A stretch of 64,000 nucleotides of DNA. Origin: Macrostomum lignano. Lineage: Eukaryota. The stretch spans positions 434,001 through 498,000 of the forward strand of contig NIVC01000309.1 of the NCBI GenBank assembly GCA_002269645.1, in the 5' to 3' direction. Position numbers and translations under genes: made by a program. Within the stretch, counting starts at the first letter, position 1; every line of letters begins with the position of its first letter. This document shows positions 1 through 11,985 of the stretch, piece after piece. The notes under the pieces were generated by a model. The model saw nothing but the letters and a program-made list of their open reading frames with translations, was not told the origin of the DNA and ran no database searches.

Positions 1-531
1 ATTAGAACTAACAGTGAATCATAAATCTGCATTTACTGTACGCGCAAATTAAAGATTGTCGGCAACACTGGAAGCGTCGCCCTTGCGGTTGAGTCGCCGC
101 CTCTGAGCTCAACTGGATTGAGCAGTTTAATTCAACTGCTCATGCTGATCACCTGTATAGTGCTCACTGTGCTATTCAGCATTGAGGTCTTGCCAGCCAG
201 TAAGATTGCTGAGCTCTCGGCTTCCCCATAACTTTTATTCCATTGTTTCCTAATCGGATTTTTCTGGTATTTAATAGCTGCTTTGTTCCCAACTGTGTTT
301 GTCCACCGATATGGATCTGCGGGTATTTAGGCCGTGTGTTGTGCTTTCCTACTTTTCTTATAACAGCTAATTATGGATTGAGCACCCGTTTATACTTTTT
401 TATTTATTATTTTTTGGTTGTTGGCAATCTTATCTATCACCTGTGTCCGTCTTGCTTATTATTTACCTTATTTCTTAAACATATCTTGTTGTGTATCTGG
501 TTATTTATACTTTATGACCACATAAGCTTTA

Positions 532-574
<43 letters not shown>

Positions 575-577
575 GCC

Positions 578-634
<57 letters not shown>

Positions 635-695
635 GCCTGTCTGTCTGTCTGTCTGTCTGTCTGTCTGCCTGTCTGTCTGTCTGTCTGTCTGTCTA

Positions 696-754
<59 letters not shown>

Positions 755-819
755 GCCTGTCTGTCTGTCTGTCTGTCTATCTGTCTGTCTGTCTGTCTGT
801 CTGGCTGTCTGTTTTTCTC

Positions 820-857
<38 letters not shown>

Positions 858-905
858 GGTCTGTCTGTCTCTGTTTTTCTGTCTGTCTGTCTGTCTATTT
901 GTCTG
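532..905. repeat. (TCTG)n microsatellite
   Basis: Direct reading; produces the CLSV/TDRQ artefact ORFs. Confidence 0.97.
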
Positions 906-2892
906 CAGACCTGTATGCAGGCCTGTTGTGTGCGCATTTATGTTTAACATTTTAGTAAACTTTTACCTACCTATAAATGTCGTGGTGTGCTTATTGGTAT
1001 TGCATATATGCTGCTTGCTAGAAGCAGCTGTTTTAGTTTGCATTCGGCTGCTATAATTAGTATCTTGACTCTCGCATTTGCATTTTCAAGGTTATTCGCT
1101 CCTCAGTTTAGACTGATTGACGAACCGAAGGTAAAACTTGCGATATTAATTTGAGAGTTTTCTATTTTGGAAAATGAGATGCATGACTGAAACTCGGCTC
1201 GAACTAAAATCAGATTTTAAAGGCCTGAGTGAAAACAGAATTATATTTTTATCAAAGTCTTTACAAAGAATATCAGTTATTTAGTTGACTTAACATCGGT
1301 TAATTGTTGTTTGAATTCCCTTCCGGATTTATTGCTTACGTTTTCGAATTGCTTTTTTATTTAAATATTTCATTTTTCATAATTATTTCAGAAATACTTA
1401 AACTAATTGGAACTGCATTGCTTTTCAGGTCCGGTTCCACTCTGATGAATCGCAGTAACTGAGGTGCGGGATGAGTGCGACACTCTAAGTAGTAGTATTT
1501 ATAACAGGCAGATTACAGCTGATAGCGGCATAGCGTTAACCTCTATTCAATTTCATAATTAGTGATTTCTGTCATTCCTTAATTTCGTTTGGCTCTACTT
1601 TAAAGCTTAATTATTTGGCTTACTGCCAATTTTGCTAATAATAAATGGGAAAATTGTTCTTTTGTGTGACCCTGACGAAAAAGTACTTTATCATTACCTC
1701 TTTTACATGTACTTTGTAATCTATTAGGAATGAACAGCTTTTGAGACAATTGTTAAGTTTCTTTTCCGTTTAGTGACCTCATTTTTTGTCAGCTCAAATT
1801 GTTTTTTCTTTGTTGTTTTTAGACACTTTTTTCTTTTTTAACGCGAAAATGTGATACATAGTACTAATATTAAGCAGAACATAAGTAGTGTGTTTAGCAA
1901 ACTACAATCATTTCTGTACCTGCTAGGCAAAACTTTTTCTTCTAAACTTGTCTACTGTAAGTAAAGCGAATAGCGTTTTTTTATTGTTTTGAAGAAGTCA
2001 TCTAAAAGCGTATTTTGACTACAGCTGGAGCCGAGGTACCGCACTACCGCTTCAATAGTCCTTGTCCGCCTAAAAGTGCGTATTTATTAGTTTTTTAAAT
2101 AAGTTATAAATTTTCAGCTGGCACTGCGTGCCCATTCCACTAATTTGCATTATTTTCTATTCCAAGCATGTTGCTGTCGTGCATCTTAATTTATACCCAC
2201 TTTTTCTGCTCCGTGTACACTTGCAACATTTTTTGTCTTTTTTTCCAGATCCTGAGTTCTTGAAAGTGATGTATACGCTCGTAGACGAGGCTTGTTAATT
2301 TGAAATTTGCCATAAATGTATTACTCATTAAAAATAATTATCATTGCTTTCTGTCAGCCATCTGATCAGCTTCTGGGTTGCCTCATCAAATGTATTTTTG
2401 TCTATATTTATAACAGAAATTTATTGTTATATTTAGTTGAATAAACATGCAGTTAAGCAAAGCTCCTGATAATTGATTTCTTCTCTGAAGCATACCCAGC
2501 ATTTTCCGCTATCGGTTGAAACTCTTACTTTGTTTTATGCACCAATTCAAATTTTATTTTAGGTGTGTATGCGGACCTGCTAATCTTAGACTCAGCGTAT
2601 GCTATGTAATAAATCTAAATACATCAGACCCGCTTACTGAAGGATTTCTAACTTCTGTATTTTCATTTTTTAACGCAATAGATTTTATTAATATTTGGCC
2701 AAAATTTTATTCAACAAGTTGCTCTTTAATTTGGATTACAGCATGCTATTCTAGCTCATGAAACTTGCAGCCACGGGTCTTATAGCTAAGACAGCACAGC
2801 GGCCTGGCAACCAGGGAGCATCCGGAATTGTCTCTTGTTGACGCATTGCTAACAATTCCATTCCCTCAGGCAAATGCTGCGGCAGTCAGCCA

Positions 2893-2997
2893 CAAAGGGG
2901 AGATGAAGGGGTGAAGGGAGTGGATGAAAGGGGTGAAGAGAGAGGATGTAGGGGAAATAAAGAAGATGAAAGGAGAGGATGTAGGGGGAATGAAGGG
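2893..2997. repeat. GA-rich degenerate repeat, left part (split by the LTR element)
   Basis: gaaggg/gaggatg-type units that resume at 7536. Confidence 0.75.
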
Positions 2998-3180
2998 TGT
3001 TGTGTATGTGTTCATATGCATGTGTGTGACACTGAAGCTTGGGCTATACTCGTATGAATTACTGTCTATGGTATAAATACACGTGACGGCCTAGAGAGAC
3101 GGCCACGCCCTCTGAGCTTTATTTTCATCAGACCGCGCGCTATAGAAGATATAACCCTCTCGGCTTCGCGATATATAACA
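2998..3180 (+). repeat. 5' LTR
   Basis: TGTTGTG...TATAACA; identical to 7353-7535 by base-by-base reading. Confidence 0.97.
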
Positions 3181-3195
3181 TGGCGTCGCAAGCAG
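3181..3195 (+). other. Primer-binding site, probably tRNA-Ser
   Basis: TGGCGTCGCAAGCAG directly after the LTR; complementary to a tRNA end ...CTGCTTGCGACG-CCA. G73 discriminator and CTGC T-stem suggest Ser (inference). Confidence 0.7.
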
Positions 3196-3282
3196 CCAGA
3201 GAAGAAGCCCACGAATAAGAAGTCAAGGCTAAGCAAGAGCAAGATTGCAGAGCTGCAATTGTTCTGGGGCGTTCCTGTAGAA

Positions 3283-6200
3283 ATGCCTCCAAAGCCGAAA
3301 ATTGACTTAAAAAGCGCTCCACACTTCGACCTCGAATCTCAGAAGGCCGTATTCCCACAATGGAAGCAGTTGTGGGAGGCTTTCGAGGAACTATCAGGCC
3401 TGAACGACATCGAGCAAGAGGCCGAGAAGAAGAAGTTCCAACTCTTCGCTTTGCGACACTGCCTGAGTCTGGAGACCCTACGAGTGGTGGACAGCTTACC
3501 TCAGCTACTAGGAAAGGATAAAGACGACACCAAGGAGATCATCAAGGCCCTGGAAGCATTCATCACCGGGCAGAAGAACGAGATATTCGAGAGGAGGGAA
3601 TTCTGGCTACGAAATCAAGCAGAAGGTGAGAGCTTCAATGATTGGTACGTGTCCATCAAAGAAATCTCGTCCAGGTGCAACTTCGAGCGATGCTGTGACG
3701 GGTGCGCCGAATACCAGCTCAGAGACAGAATTGTCATGGGACTGCGCGACCCCAGCACTGTAGAGAAGTTGCTAGAGGAAGGCAGTGAGCTAACGCTGGA
3801 GAGAGCAAAGACCATTTGTGAGTCGATGGAGAGTTCGAGAAAAAACTGCGCCATAATGAAGGGCGAGACACCGACCGTCTCCGCTGTGCGACACGCGTCA
3901 AGCTACCGGAAGGCCAAGCGGACTGGAGCAGCGGAGAATCGACAGGCAGGAAGACCTGTTCAACAGAGCCGGGCGAAACATCCTGGTCAAGCCTGCAAGT
4001 TCTGCGGACGAGAGCACGAGGTCGGCAAAGAGAAATGTCCGGCATGGGGGAAGTCGTGCACAAAGTGCGGCAAGCTCAACCATTTCGCTAAGCAGTGCAG
4101 AAGTGGACAGTCAGCCAAGCACGGCGAGAGAGTCCACTCAATTTTCGCCGCAACTGGCGCACAAGGGACCTCAGCATGCTGTGTGGAGGTAAAAATTCGC
4201 ACCCCTGACGGAACAAAGACCATCGCCGCCTTACCGGACACAGGCGCTTTCATAGATGCCATCCCTGAGAGCTTGATGCCTATAGTAGGAGCAGATATGA
4301 ACAACCTACATCCGTCAGACATCAAACCCAAGGCAGTCGACGGCCGGCTATTAAAAGCCAAGGGCTCGATTCAGCTGCAAGTATCCATGGGTGAGACTGA
4401 GCTGCAGCGTACGTTTCACGTCCTCAGCGGAATATCCATCATGATTCTATCAAGAGAAGCGTGTCGTGATCTGGGTATCATTCCAAGAAACTTTCCAAAG
4501 CAAATCGTGGCAAGTACGAATCAGCACGATACCAACGCTGGCACAGAGGAGGACCTAAAAAAAGAGTTTTCGGACGTGTTCACCGGAAAAGTTGGCAGAA
4601 TGGCTGGTGAGATGTTCAGAATTAAACTATCAGCGGACGCAAAGCCGTTTGCCATTTCGACCCCGAGAATAATTGCGGAACCGCTCAAGTTACAGCTCAA
4701 GAAGGAACTGGAGGATCTCGAGCGAGATGGGATGATAGCAAAGGTCACAGAGCCTACGGAATGGTGTGCGCCGATCACCGTGCAGCCAAAGAAAGGCCAG
4801 AGCAAGATAAGAATGTGCGTCGACCTACGGTGCTTAAACAAATACGTCATCCGAGAGCGCTACGTCAGCCAAACGCCATTTGAAGTTGTGTCAAGTGTAC
4901 ACAAGGGCGCCAGGTTCTTCACAACCGTTGATGCCACGAAAGGATACCACCAAGTGCCACTGGATGACGCGTCACAAATACTGACAACTTTTATCACACC
5001 ATTCGGACGGTACAAGTTCCTACGTGCCCCCTTTGGACTGTCGTCCATATCGGAGCATTACAATAGGCGTGTGGATGAAGTGCTAGAGGGACTGAAGAGC
5101 ACCTATCATATTGTGGACGACGTACTGCTGGCTCACGACGACTTTGACGAGCATCGCCGTGCTGTTCGTGAGTTTCTGCAGCGATGCAGGGACCGCAGCA
5201 TCAGTCTGAATCCAGAGAAGTTTGTGTTTGCTCAGCCCAGTGTGACATTTGCCGGATTCCAGTTGGACTCGAAAGGATACGCTATAGACCCTGCCATAGT
5301 GAAGGCGATTCGAGACTTCCCGAAGCCAGAAAATCTGACCGACCTCAGAGCGTTCTTCGGACTAGTGAATCAGATTGGGTTCTGTAGTGACAAGATAGCT
5401 TCCTTCGGTGAGCCGTTGAGAGAGTTGTTGAAACCGAGGAATGAGTTCATGTGGAGCTGCGAACACGAAAAAGCATTTGACAGCATGCGGAAAGAACTAA
5501 GCAATGTTCCTACAATGGCCTACTATGACCACACGAGGCAGACAGCACTGCACACGGATGCGTCTTGACTGAAGGGGCTTGGATTCGTGCTCAAGCAAAA
5601 GCAAGACAATGGCGTTTGGAAAGTGGTTCAAGCAGGCTCGCGGTTCATTTCGGAGACAGAGAGGCGATACGCCATGATTGAACTGGAGCTGTTGGCAGTC
5701 GTATGGGCGGCAAAGAAATGTCGTCTGTTCCTCGAAGGACTGCAGAATTTTGAGATAATCATCGACCACAAGCCGTTGGAGCCGATTTTAAATAGATACA
5801 CCTTGGATCAGATTGAGAATCCGAGGCTTCAGAGGTTGCGACAGAAACTGGATTGCTTCCAGTACACGGCTCGATGGGTGAAAGGCAGTGACCACAAGGC
5901 CGCCGATGCCTTGTCAAGAGCCCCGGTAGAGCCGGCAACCAAAGACGAAGAACTTGCGGAGGAGCACGAGAGCAACATCATCATGGCTATTGATGAGATT
6001 CAAGCTTCTGAAGCAGAGTTGACGCGAATTGCCAGAAGAGACCAGGAGTACCAGGAGCTGAAGCGATTGGTTCAGCAAGGATTCCCTAACGAGAAGGGAA
6101 ACGTACCGGTCCATCTAAGACAATTTTGGAACATCCGCGACAAACTAGCAGTCGAGCATGACTTGATCGTAGTAGGAAGGCGATTGCTCATTCCCAAGGA

Positions 6201-7431
6201 GATGCGAGCAGAAGTCCTGAATAGGATGCTCAAGATGCATCAGGGAGTCGTTAAGATGAAAGAGAGAGCCAGAATGACTTTCTACTGGCCGGGAATCGAC
6301 AACGATATAGAAATGTCAGCCAGGAAGTGTATCCCGTGCCAAGAGACTTTGCCTAGTCAAGTAAAGGAGCCGATGATTGTGAGAAAGGAACCGGAACGCG
6401 TCTTTCAAGAAGTCCATGCCGACTTGTTTCAATTCGCTGGGAAGATGTTCCTGGTGACTGTGGACGGAAAGTCTGGTTGGCCAACACTAGACTACTTCGG
6501 AACTGATGCCTCAACGTACAAGGTGATCAACGTGCTGCGAAGACGTTTCTGTGAGAAGGGCGCGCCGGAGGTGTTATGGTCAGACAATGGACCGCAATTC
6601 ACAGCCAAGCCATTTCTGGGATTCCTGCGTCGTTGGAATGTGGAGCAGAGGACATCATCCCCCACGTACGCTCAGAGCAATGGGCGAGCGGAGGCAGCCG
6701 TCAAGGCAATGAAAAAGCTGGTGCGTGGAAATTGGAATCACGGAGCCAGAGAGCCGAACTGGGACGATCTCTGCCAGGGGATACTGATGTACTGCAACAC
6801 TCCGCGATACGACGGCAGGTCACCAGCACACATGGTGTTCGGTCACGAGGTTCGCGATACCCTGCCAGTTCACCGGAGAGCGTTCGCCAAGGAATGGCAA
6901 GCAGCAGCAGATGAGGTGGACAACAGGGCAGCGGAGAAGAGGGAGAGGATGGAGGTGTACTACAATAGAGCAGCTCACCAACTCCCAGCCTTGCGAGTGC
7001 GAGACAGAGTTGCAGTGCAGGACGCCCAGACCAAGCGATGGGACAAGTACGGCGTGGTGGTCGAGCTAATGAAAAACAACGACTTTCTAGTCAAGCTGAC
7101 CAGCGGCCGGATTCTTCGGAGAAACCGAAAGTTCCTACGGAGAAGGTTTCCAGCACATGCGGCGGAAGCTCGCTACCAGCCCAATACTGGCCCTGCGGAC
7201 TCGCAAGGTACGAATGGAGCCAGAGGGCCGGAAGGACGATCAAGACCGTGGCCTACGAGAAACCGTCGGCCACCCAACAGGCTTCAGATTGACCCCGCAA
7301 AATTTCTTACGATTGACTTGACAAGAAGTCACATTGTAACTCAAGGGGGAGGTGTTGTGTATGTGTTCATATGCATGTGTGTGACACTGAAGCTTGGGCT
7401 ATACTCGTATGAATTACTGTCTATGGTATAA
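3283..7431 (+). pseudogene. gag-pol polyprotein in one frame, interrupted by one in-frame TGA (5566-5568) in RNase H
   Basis: First ATG at 3283. Zn knuckle CTKCGKLNHFAKQC, protease DTG, RT IVDD, RNase H TDAS*LKGLGFVL...DHKPL, integrase HQG..CIPC, DLF/SDNGPQF/AE triad. The track ORFs 3259 and 5587 are the same frame. Confidence 0.92.
7343..7352 (+). other. Polypurine tract
   Basis: AAGGGGGAGG immediately before the 3' LTR. Confidence 0.9.
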
Positions 7432-7535
7432 ATACACGTGACGGCCTAGAGAGACGGCCACGCCCTCTGAGCTTTATTTTCATCAGACCGCGCGCTATAG
7501 AAGATATAACCCTCTCGGCTTCGCGATATATAACA
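7353..7535 (+). repeat. 3' LTR
   Basis: Identical to the 5' LTR. Confidence 0.97.
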
Positions 7536-7850
7536 AAGGGTAGATAGAGAAGATGAAGGGTAGATAGAGAAGATGAAGGGGAGATAGAGAAGATGAAGGG
7601 GAGATAGAGAAGATGAAGGGGAGATAGAGAAGATGAAGGGAGAGGATGAGTGGGGAATGAAAGGAGAGGATGCAGGGGGAATGAAGGGAGAGGATGGAGG
7701 GGAAGGGAGAGGGGAGATGGATGGGAGGGGGAGATGGATGGGAGGGGGAGATGGATGGGAGGGTAGAGTAAAGAGAGGATGCAAGGGGAATGAAGGGAGA
7801 CGATGGGGGGGGATGAAGGGAGAGGATGAAGGAGGATTGTGGGAGAGGAC
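7536..7850. repeat. GA-rich degenerate repeat, right part
   Basis: gatagagaagatgaaggg units decaying into purine-rich low complexity. Confidence 0.8.
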
Positions 7851-8457
7851 GAAGGCAGGTATATGTACTTTGTAATTATTAATGCACCAAAAATAAGTCA
7901 ATTAATTACATTGCAGACTACATTCATTATTGTTGACTCAAGAAAGCATAAATTTATATTGGCAATTCCAGGTAAAACATGTTGAGCTGAGAGAGATTCT
8001 TAATTCACAGTTAGCACTCGGAAATAAATCAATTGAGCATTTTAAATTAGCGAGGCATGTCAAGTGAATTGTGAAGTCATTTAGCTACATTAAAAGGGCA
8101 AAAATCATTCAAATGTTGCCGGTGCAAACAGGACTAAAGCAGCCTTTCTTTTTTAGAGTTTGGAGACACCAGCAAACAGGAAAAAATCAATCAACTTTGA
8201 AGTTTATTGACACTGAATTAACCTCTTGACAAGCACATTGTGACTTGATTCTGTGAGTTGAAGTTTTGGAGTTTACAGGTGAGATCAATGATTGACATAG
8301 TGATTTTTTACTCTTAAGGCAGTTATTCCTCATCTCTGGACGTACATGTATTTCTCCAAGCTTTTCTTTAACCATCAGGGCGCGAAATTTTGGCCCACAA
8401 TATTAAAGATTTGCTCCTGCACATTCCTTTCCTTCTACTCATCAGTAGCTACACAAG

Positions 8458-8826
8458 TAGCGCGTCGCCACCGGGGGTGACAGGGCCGGGGGACATGTCC
8501 CCCCCCCAGTAAAAGCTATGGGGCTACTGGGGAGTGGGGAACATGCCAATGCTTCGTCCCCCCACCCAACCTTGTCACCCGTTGTAAAAATCAATTATGT
8601 TTCTACAGGGCGCCAAAATGAGTGCCTTTAGCGCTAAAATGAGTGCCTGGGGCGCCAAAATGAGTGTCTGTGGCGCTAAATAAGGGCCTGCGGCGCTAAA
8701 ATGAGCGCTGACAACACTAATTCTCAAAATAATGGACATTTAGGAATTTATAGGCATGTACATGTGTACACATGTTAATTCTTGGCTTTGTCCCCCCCGT
8801 AAAAATCCACCCGGTACACGTGTCTG
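8458..8826. mobile_element. Degenerate non-autonomous DNA-transposon-like element
   Basis: Imperfect ends (TAGCGCGTCGCCACCGGG / CCCGGTACACGTGTCTG), subterminal tgtcccccc tracts, internal gcgc(c/t)aaaatgag repeats; no TSD found. Confidence 0.35.
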
Positions 8827-8986
8827 ATTTTCACACAGCTCTGTCCGCATCACTACGAATGAACAAATGTATAGTGTCCATTGGGAGAGGGGGCGATATT
8901 GAGCAGCCGTCATTTCATTTGTTTACAAGTTGTACTGTACACATATACTTTCCCTGTCTTCTTCGCCGGGGAGTACATCTATACAT

Positions 8987-9124
8987 TCAACAGTTTGCAA
9001 AAGAAGACGCGTCGCAATCTGGTCGCAGCGTCGAGGGCTGGGGCAGATGGCCGAAAATATCATCGGACAATTCGAACACAGCGCCCGCTTGTTGGTTGGA
9101 ATCGCCGTTGTTGTTCTCCGTCTG
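8987..9124 (-). CDS. Putative orphan single-pass membrane protein, terminal exon (QTENNNGD...FANC*)
   Basis: Acceptor aactgcag, phase 0 matching the previous exon, open to TGA. Confidence 0.5.
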   Translation of the reverse strand, partial: QTENNNGDSNQQAGAVFELSDDIFGHLPQPSTLRPDCDASSFANC

Positions 9125-9268
9125 CTGCAGTTAATGAATTGTAGAATATAGAGATTTTTAGTATAGGACGAGTGGAACTCCTCCGTTGGAGGAGAAAGGG
9201 GATAGGCGAGAAATACTAGCCGATTTTGGCCCTCTTGGGGTACGAGTATTCTATGCCGGGAGCTGTTA

Positions 9269-9719
9269 ATATACCTTTTAACAGTGTTGTTGGGCATAAG
9301 TGAAATTTATTTAGTCCAAGTGTTCCTACCACTGAGTGAAGTGAGTTTGATATAGTCTAGCTGTTGATTTTGGCCATAGACGATTGAGGAAAAGTGAAAT
9401 ATATTTGGTCGCTCTTGCTTAGCGCTGAGCTTACCGTGACTTAAAGTTAGTCGTAGTGAAATTTATTTAGTCCGCTTAGAGTTCTTGTTTGGCTATAGAA
9501 TTTGCTGAAAGTTTACGATCTCGTTGACCATATTCATTTCACTTTGACTAAATAAAAGTCACGATCTCGTTGCGCGCGCTAAAAACGACTATATTGAATT
9601 CACCGTCTATGGCTGCAAGCTAATTGAAGCGACTAAATCAAACTCACTTCGCTCAGTGGTAGGAGCACTTGGACTAGATAAATTTCACTTATGCCCAACA
9701 ACACTGTTAAAAGGTATAT
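9269..9719. mobile_element. MITE with 84-bp TIRs
   Basis: 9274-9357 versus 9631-9714, 4 mismatches; flanked by TA/ATATA; non-coding. Confidence 0.88.
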
Positions 9720-10138
9720 ATACTTAGGAGCAGCAGAAGCTAATTATCGTCTATGGTCTTAACCCCGGGGTTTTCATGCTGAAGTGGCCCAGGAATTCTA
9801 AATCTAGTTGCTAGATTTAGAGTTCGTTGAATTGGCCCATTTTAGCAGTTGCCATGGCTGGTTTTACCATAGTCAACAGCGATTGAGAAAAATCAAATTT
9901 CTCTAACAGAGCATACGATAAATGCGCTAAGCGATACGATAGATATGGGTTCATTAACGGTCTCCAAGTGATTTCTTTGAAAATCCTTCTAAGTTCAGTT
10001 GGCCATCGCTAAGTCGAGTTAAAGTCAAGTTGTGCATATTTCTAGCCTCCAATGTTTCAAACCTCAGTCTTTCTACTTATACTTGCACATTTATTGCACA
10101 GTAAACTTTTGCTCATTAAAAAAGAATCATTTAATTAC

Positions 10139-10269
10139 CGTTTGCGTCTTGGAGCAGCAACAGCATTGACAGTATTTGCACAGCAGGATTGCCAGTATGA
10201 GTATCGTGATGAGCAGTAATAGGATGAAAGCTAACAGCCCAGTTAGCACAGCCAATTGTACAGTGGGGT
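10139..10269 (-). CDS. Putative orphan membrane protein, TM exon (DPTVQLAVLTGLLAFILLLLITILILAILLCKYCQCCCCSKTQT)
   Basis: Acceptor accgcag, donor gtaatt; about 24 hydrophobic residues followed by a Cys cluster. Confidence 0.65.
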
Positions 10270-10299
10270 CTGCGGTGTGTGAGATGTAATTAAGTTTAA

Positions 10300-10629
10300 T
10301 GTAAGTAAGTGGTGAGTGAGTGAGTAAGAAGTAAGTCAGTCAGTGAGTAAGTATATGAGTAAAGTGAGTAAGTAAGTAAGTAAGCTGTGAGTGAGTAAGT
10401 AAGTGAATCAGTGAGCAAGTAAGTAAGTAAGGATGTATGTATTTAAGTCACTAAGTAAGTCAGTAAGTAAGTAAGTAAGTCAGTAAGTATGTATGTAAGT
10501 AAGTAAGTGAGTAAGTGAGTGAGTAAGTAAGTAAGTGAGTGAGTGAGTAAGTAAGTAAGTGAGTAAGTAAGTAAGTAAGTAAGTAAGTGAGTAAGTAAGT
10601 AAGTAAGTAAATAAGTAAGTAAGTATGTG

Positions 10630-10660
<31 letters not shown>

Positions 10661-10765
10661 GAGTGAGTGAGTGAGTGAGTGAGTAAGTAAGTAAGTGAGT
10701 GAGTGAGTGAGTAAGTAAGTAAGTAAGTGAGTGAGTGAGTGAGTAAGTAAGTAAGTAAGTAAGTA
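10300..10765. repeat. (TAAG/TGAG)n microsatellite in an intron
   Basis: Direct reading. Confidence 0.95.
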
Positions 10766-10792
10766 ATAAATCTGCAATGTTCCGTTGCTGAC

Positions 10793-10988
10793 CTGCACAG
10801 AAAATCGCTGGTGCACACGCAGTCGCGTTCCCAACGTATCTGTCATCATCTGCGTAGGAGCTCATAACTGCGCTCACAATGGCACCTTGTTGCCAATGCT
10901 GCGCATGATTGGCCGGATTCGAACCAAAAGCTGTCTTTGTAGGCGCCGAAGCCGTTACGAGAGTTCTGATTGGTTGTTTTAGATTCAT
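10793..10988 (-). CDS. Putative orphan membrane protein, first coding exon (MNLKQP...GNATACAPAIFCA)
   Basis: Open frame from ATG to donor G|gtcagc, phase 1 matching the TM exon; start codon uncertain. Confidence 0.5.
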
Positions 10989-11042
10989 GCAAAGGAATTA
11001 ATTAAATAGCTGCAGACATTTGCATATCTTTCAAATTTAAAT

Positions 11043-11985
11043 GGCGCCATTTCATTTGAGAAGAGGCGCCATTTCATTTGAGAGGAGGCGCCATTTCATT
11101 TGAGAAGGGACACCATTTCATTTGAGGGGAGGCGCCATTTCATTTGAAAGGAGGCGCCATTTCATTTGAGAAGAGGCGCCATTTCATTTGAGAGGAGGCA
11201 CCATTTCATTTGAGAGGAGGCACCATTTCATTTGAAAGGAGGCGCCATTTCATTTGAGAAGAGGCGCCATTTCATTTGAGAGGAGGCGCCATTTCATTTG
11301 AGAGGAGGCGCCTTTTCATTTGAAAAGAGGCGCCATTTCATTTGAGAAGAGGCGCCATTTCATTTGAGAGGAGGCACCATTTCATTTGAGAGTAGGCGCC
11401 ATTTCATTTGAGAGGAGGCTCCATTTCGTTTGAGAGGAGGCGCCTTTTCATTTGAGAGGAGGCGCCTTTTCATTTGAGAGGCGGCGCCATTTCATTTGAG
11501 AGGCGGCGCCATTTTATTTGAGAGGAGGCGCCATTTCATTTGAGAGGTGGCGCCACTTCATTTGAGAGGAGGCGCCATTTCGTTTGAGAGGAGGCGCCTT
11601 TTCATTTGAGAGGTAGCGCCACTTCATTTGAGAGGAGGCGCCATTTCGTTTGAGAGGAGGCGCCATTTCATTTGAGAGGCGGCGCCATTTCATTTGAGAG
11701 GCGGTGCCATTTTATTTGAGAGGAGGCGCCATTTCATTTGAGAGGTGGCGCCACTTCATTTGAGAGGAGGCGCCATTTCGTTTGAGAGGAGGCGCCACTT
11801 CATTTGAGAGGAGGCGCCATTTCGTTTGAGAGGAGGTGCCATTTCATTTGAGAGGAGGCGCTATTCATTTGAGAGGCGGCGCTATTCACTTGAGAGGAGG
11901 CGCCATTTCATTTGAGAGGAGGCGCCATTTCATTTGAGAGGAGGCGCTATTTCAAATTTGAGAGGCGGTGCCATTTAATTTGAGG
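11043..11985. repeat. 22-bp minisatellite (ggcgccatttcatttgagagga)n
   Basis: About 40 tandem copies. Confidence 0.95.

Larger units (their letters stand above)
2998..7535 (+). mobile_element. Full-length Ty3/Gypsy LTR retrotransposon (Mag-like), 4538 bp
   Basis: Identical 183-bp TG..CA LTRs; 5-bp TSD AAGGG at 2993-2997 and 7536-7540; PBS and PPT present; domain order gag-PR-RT-RH-IN. Confidence 0.97.

Noticed and set aside
243-947. 234-aa ORF and the other CLSV/TDRQ/SIYL/LLTY ORFs
   Set aside because: Stop-free translations of tetranucleotide microsatellites.
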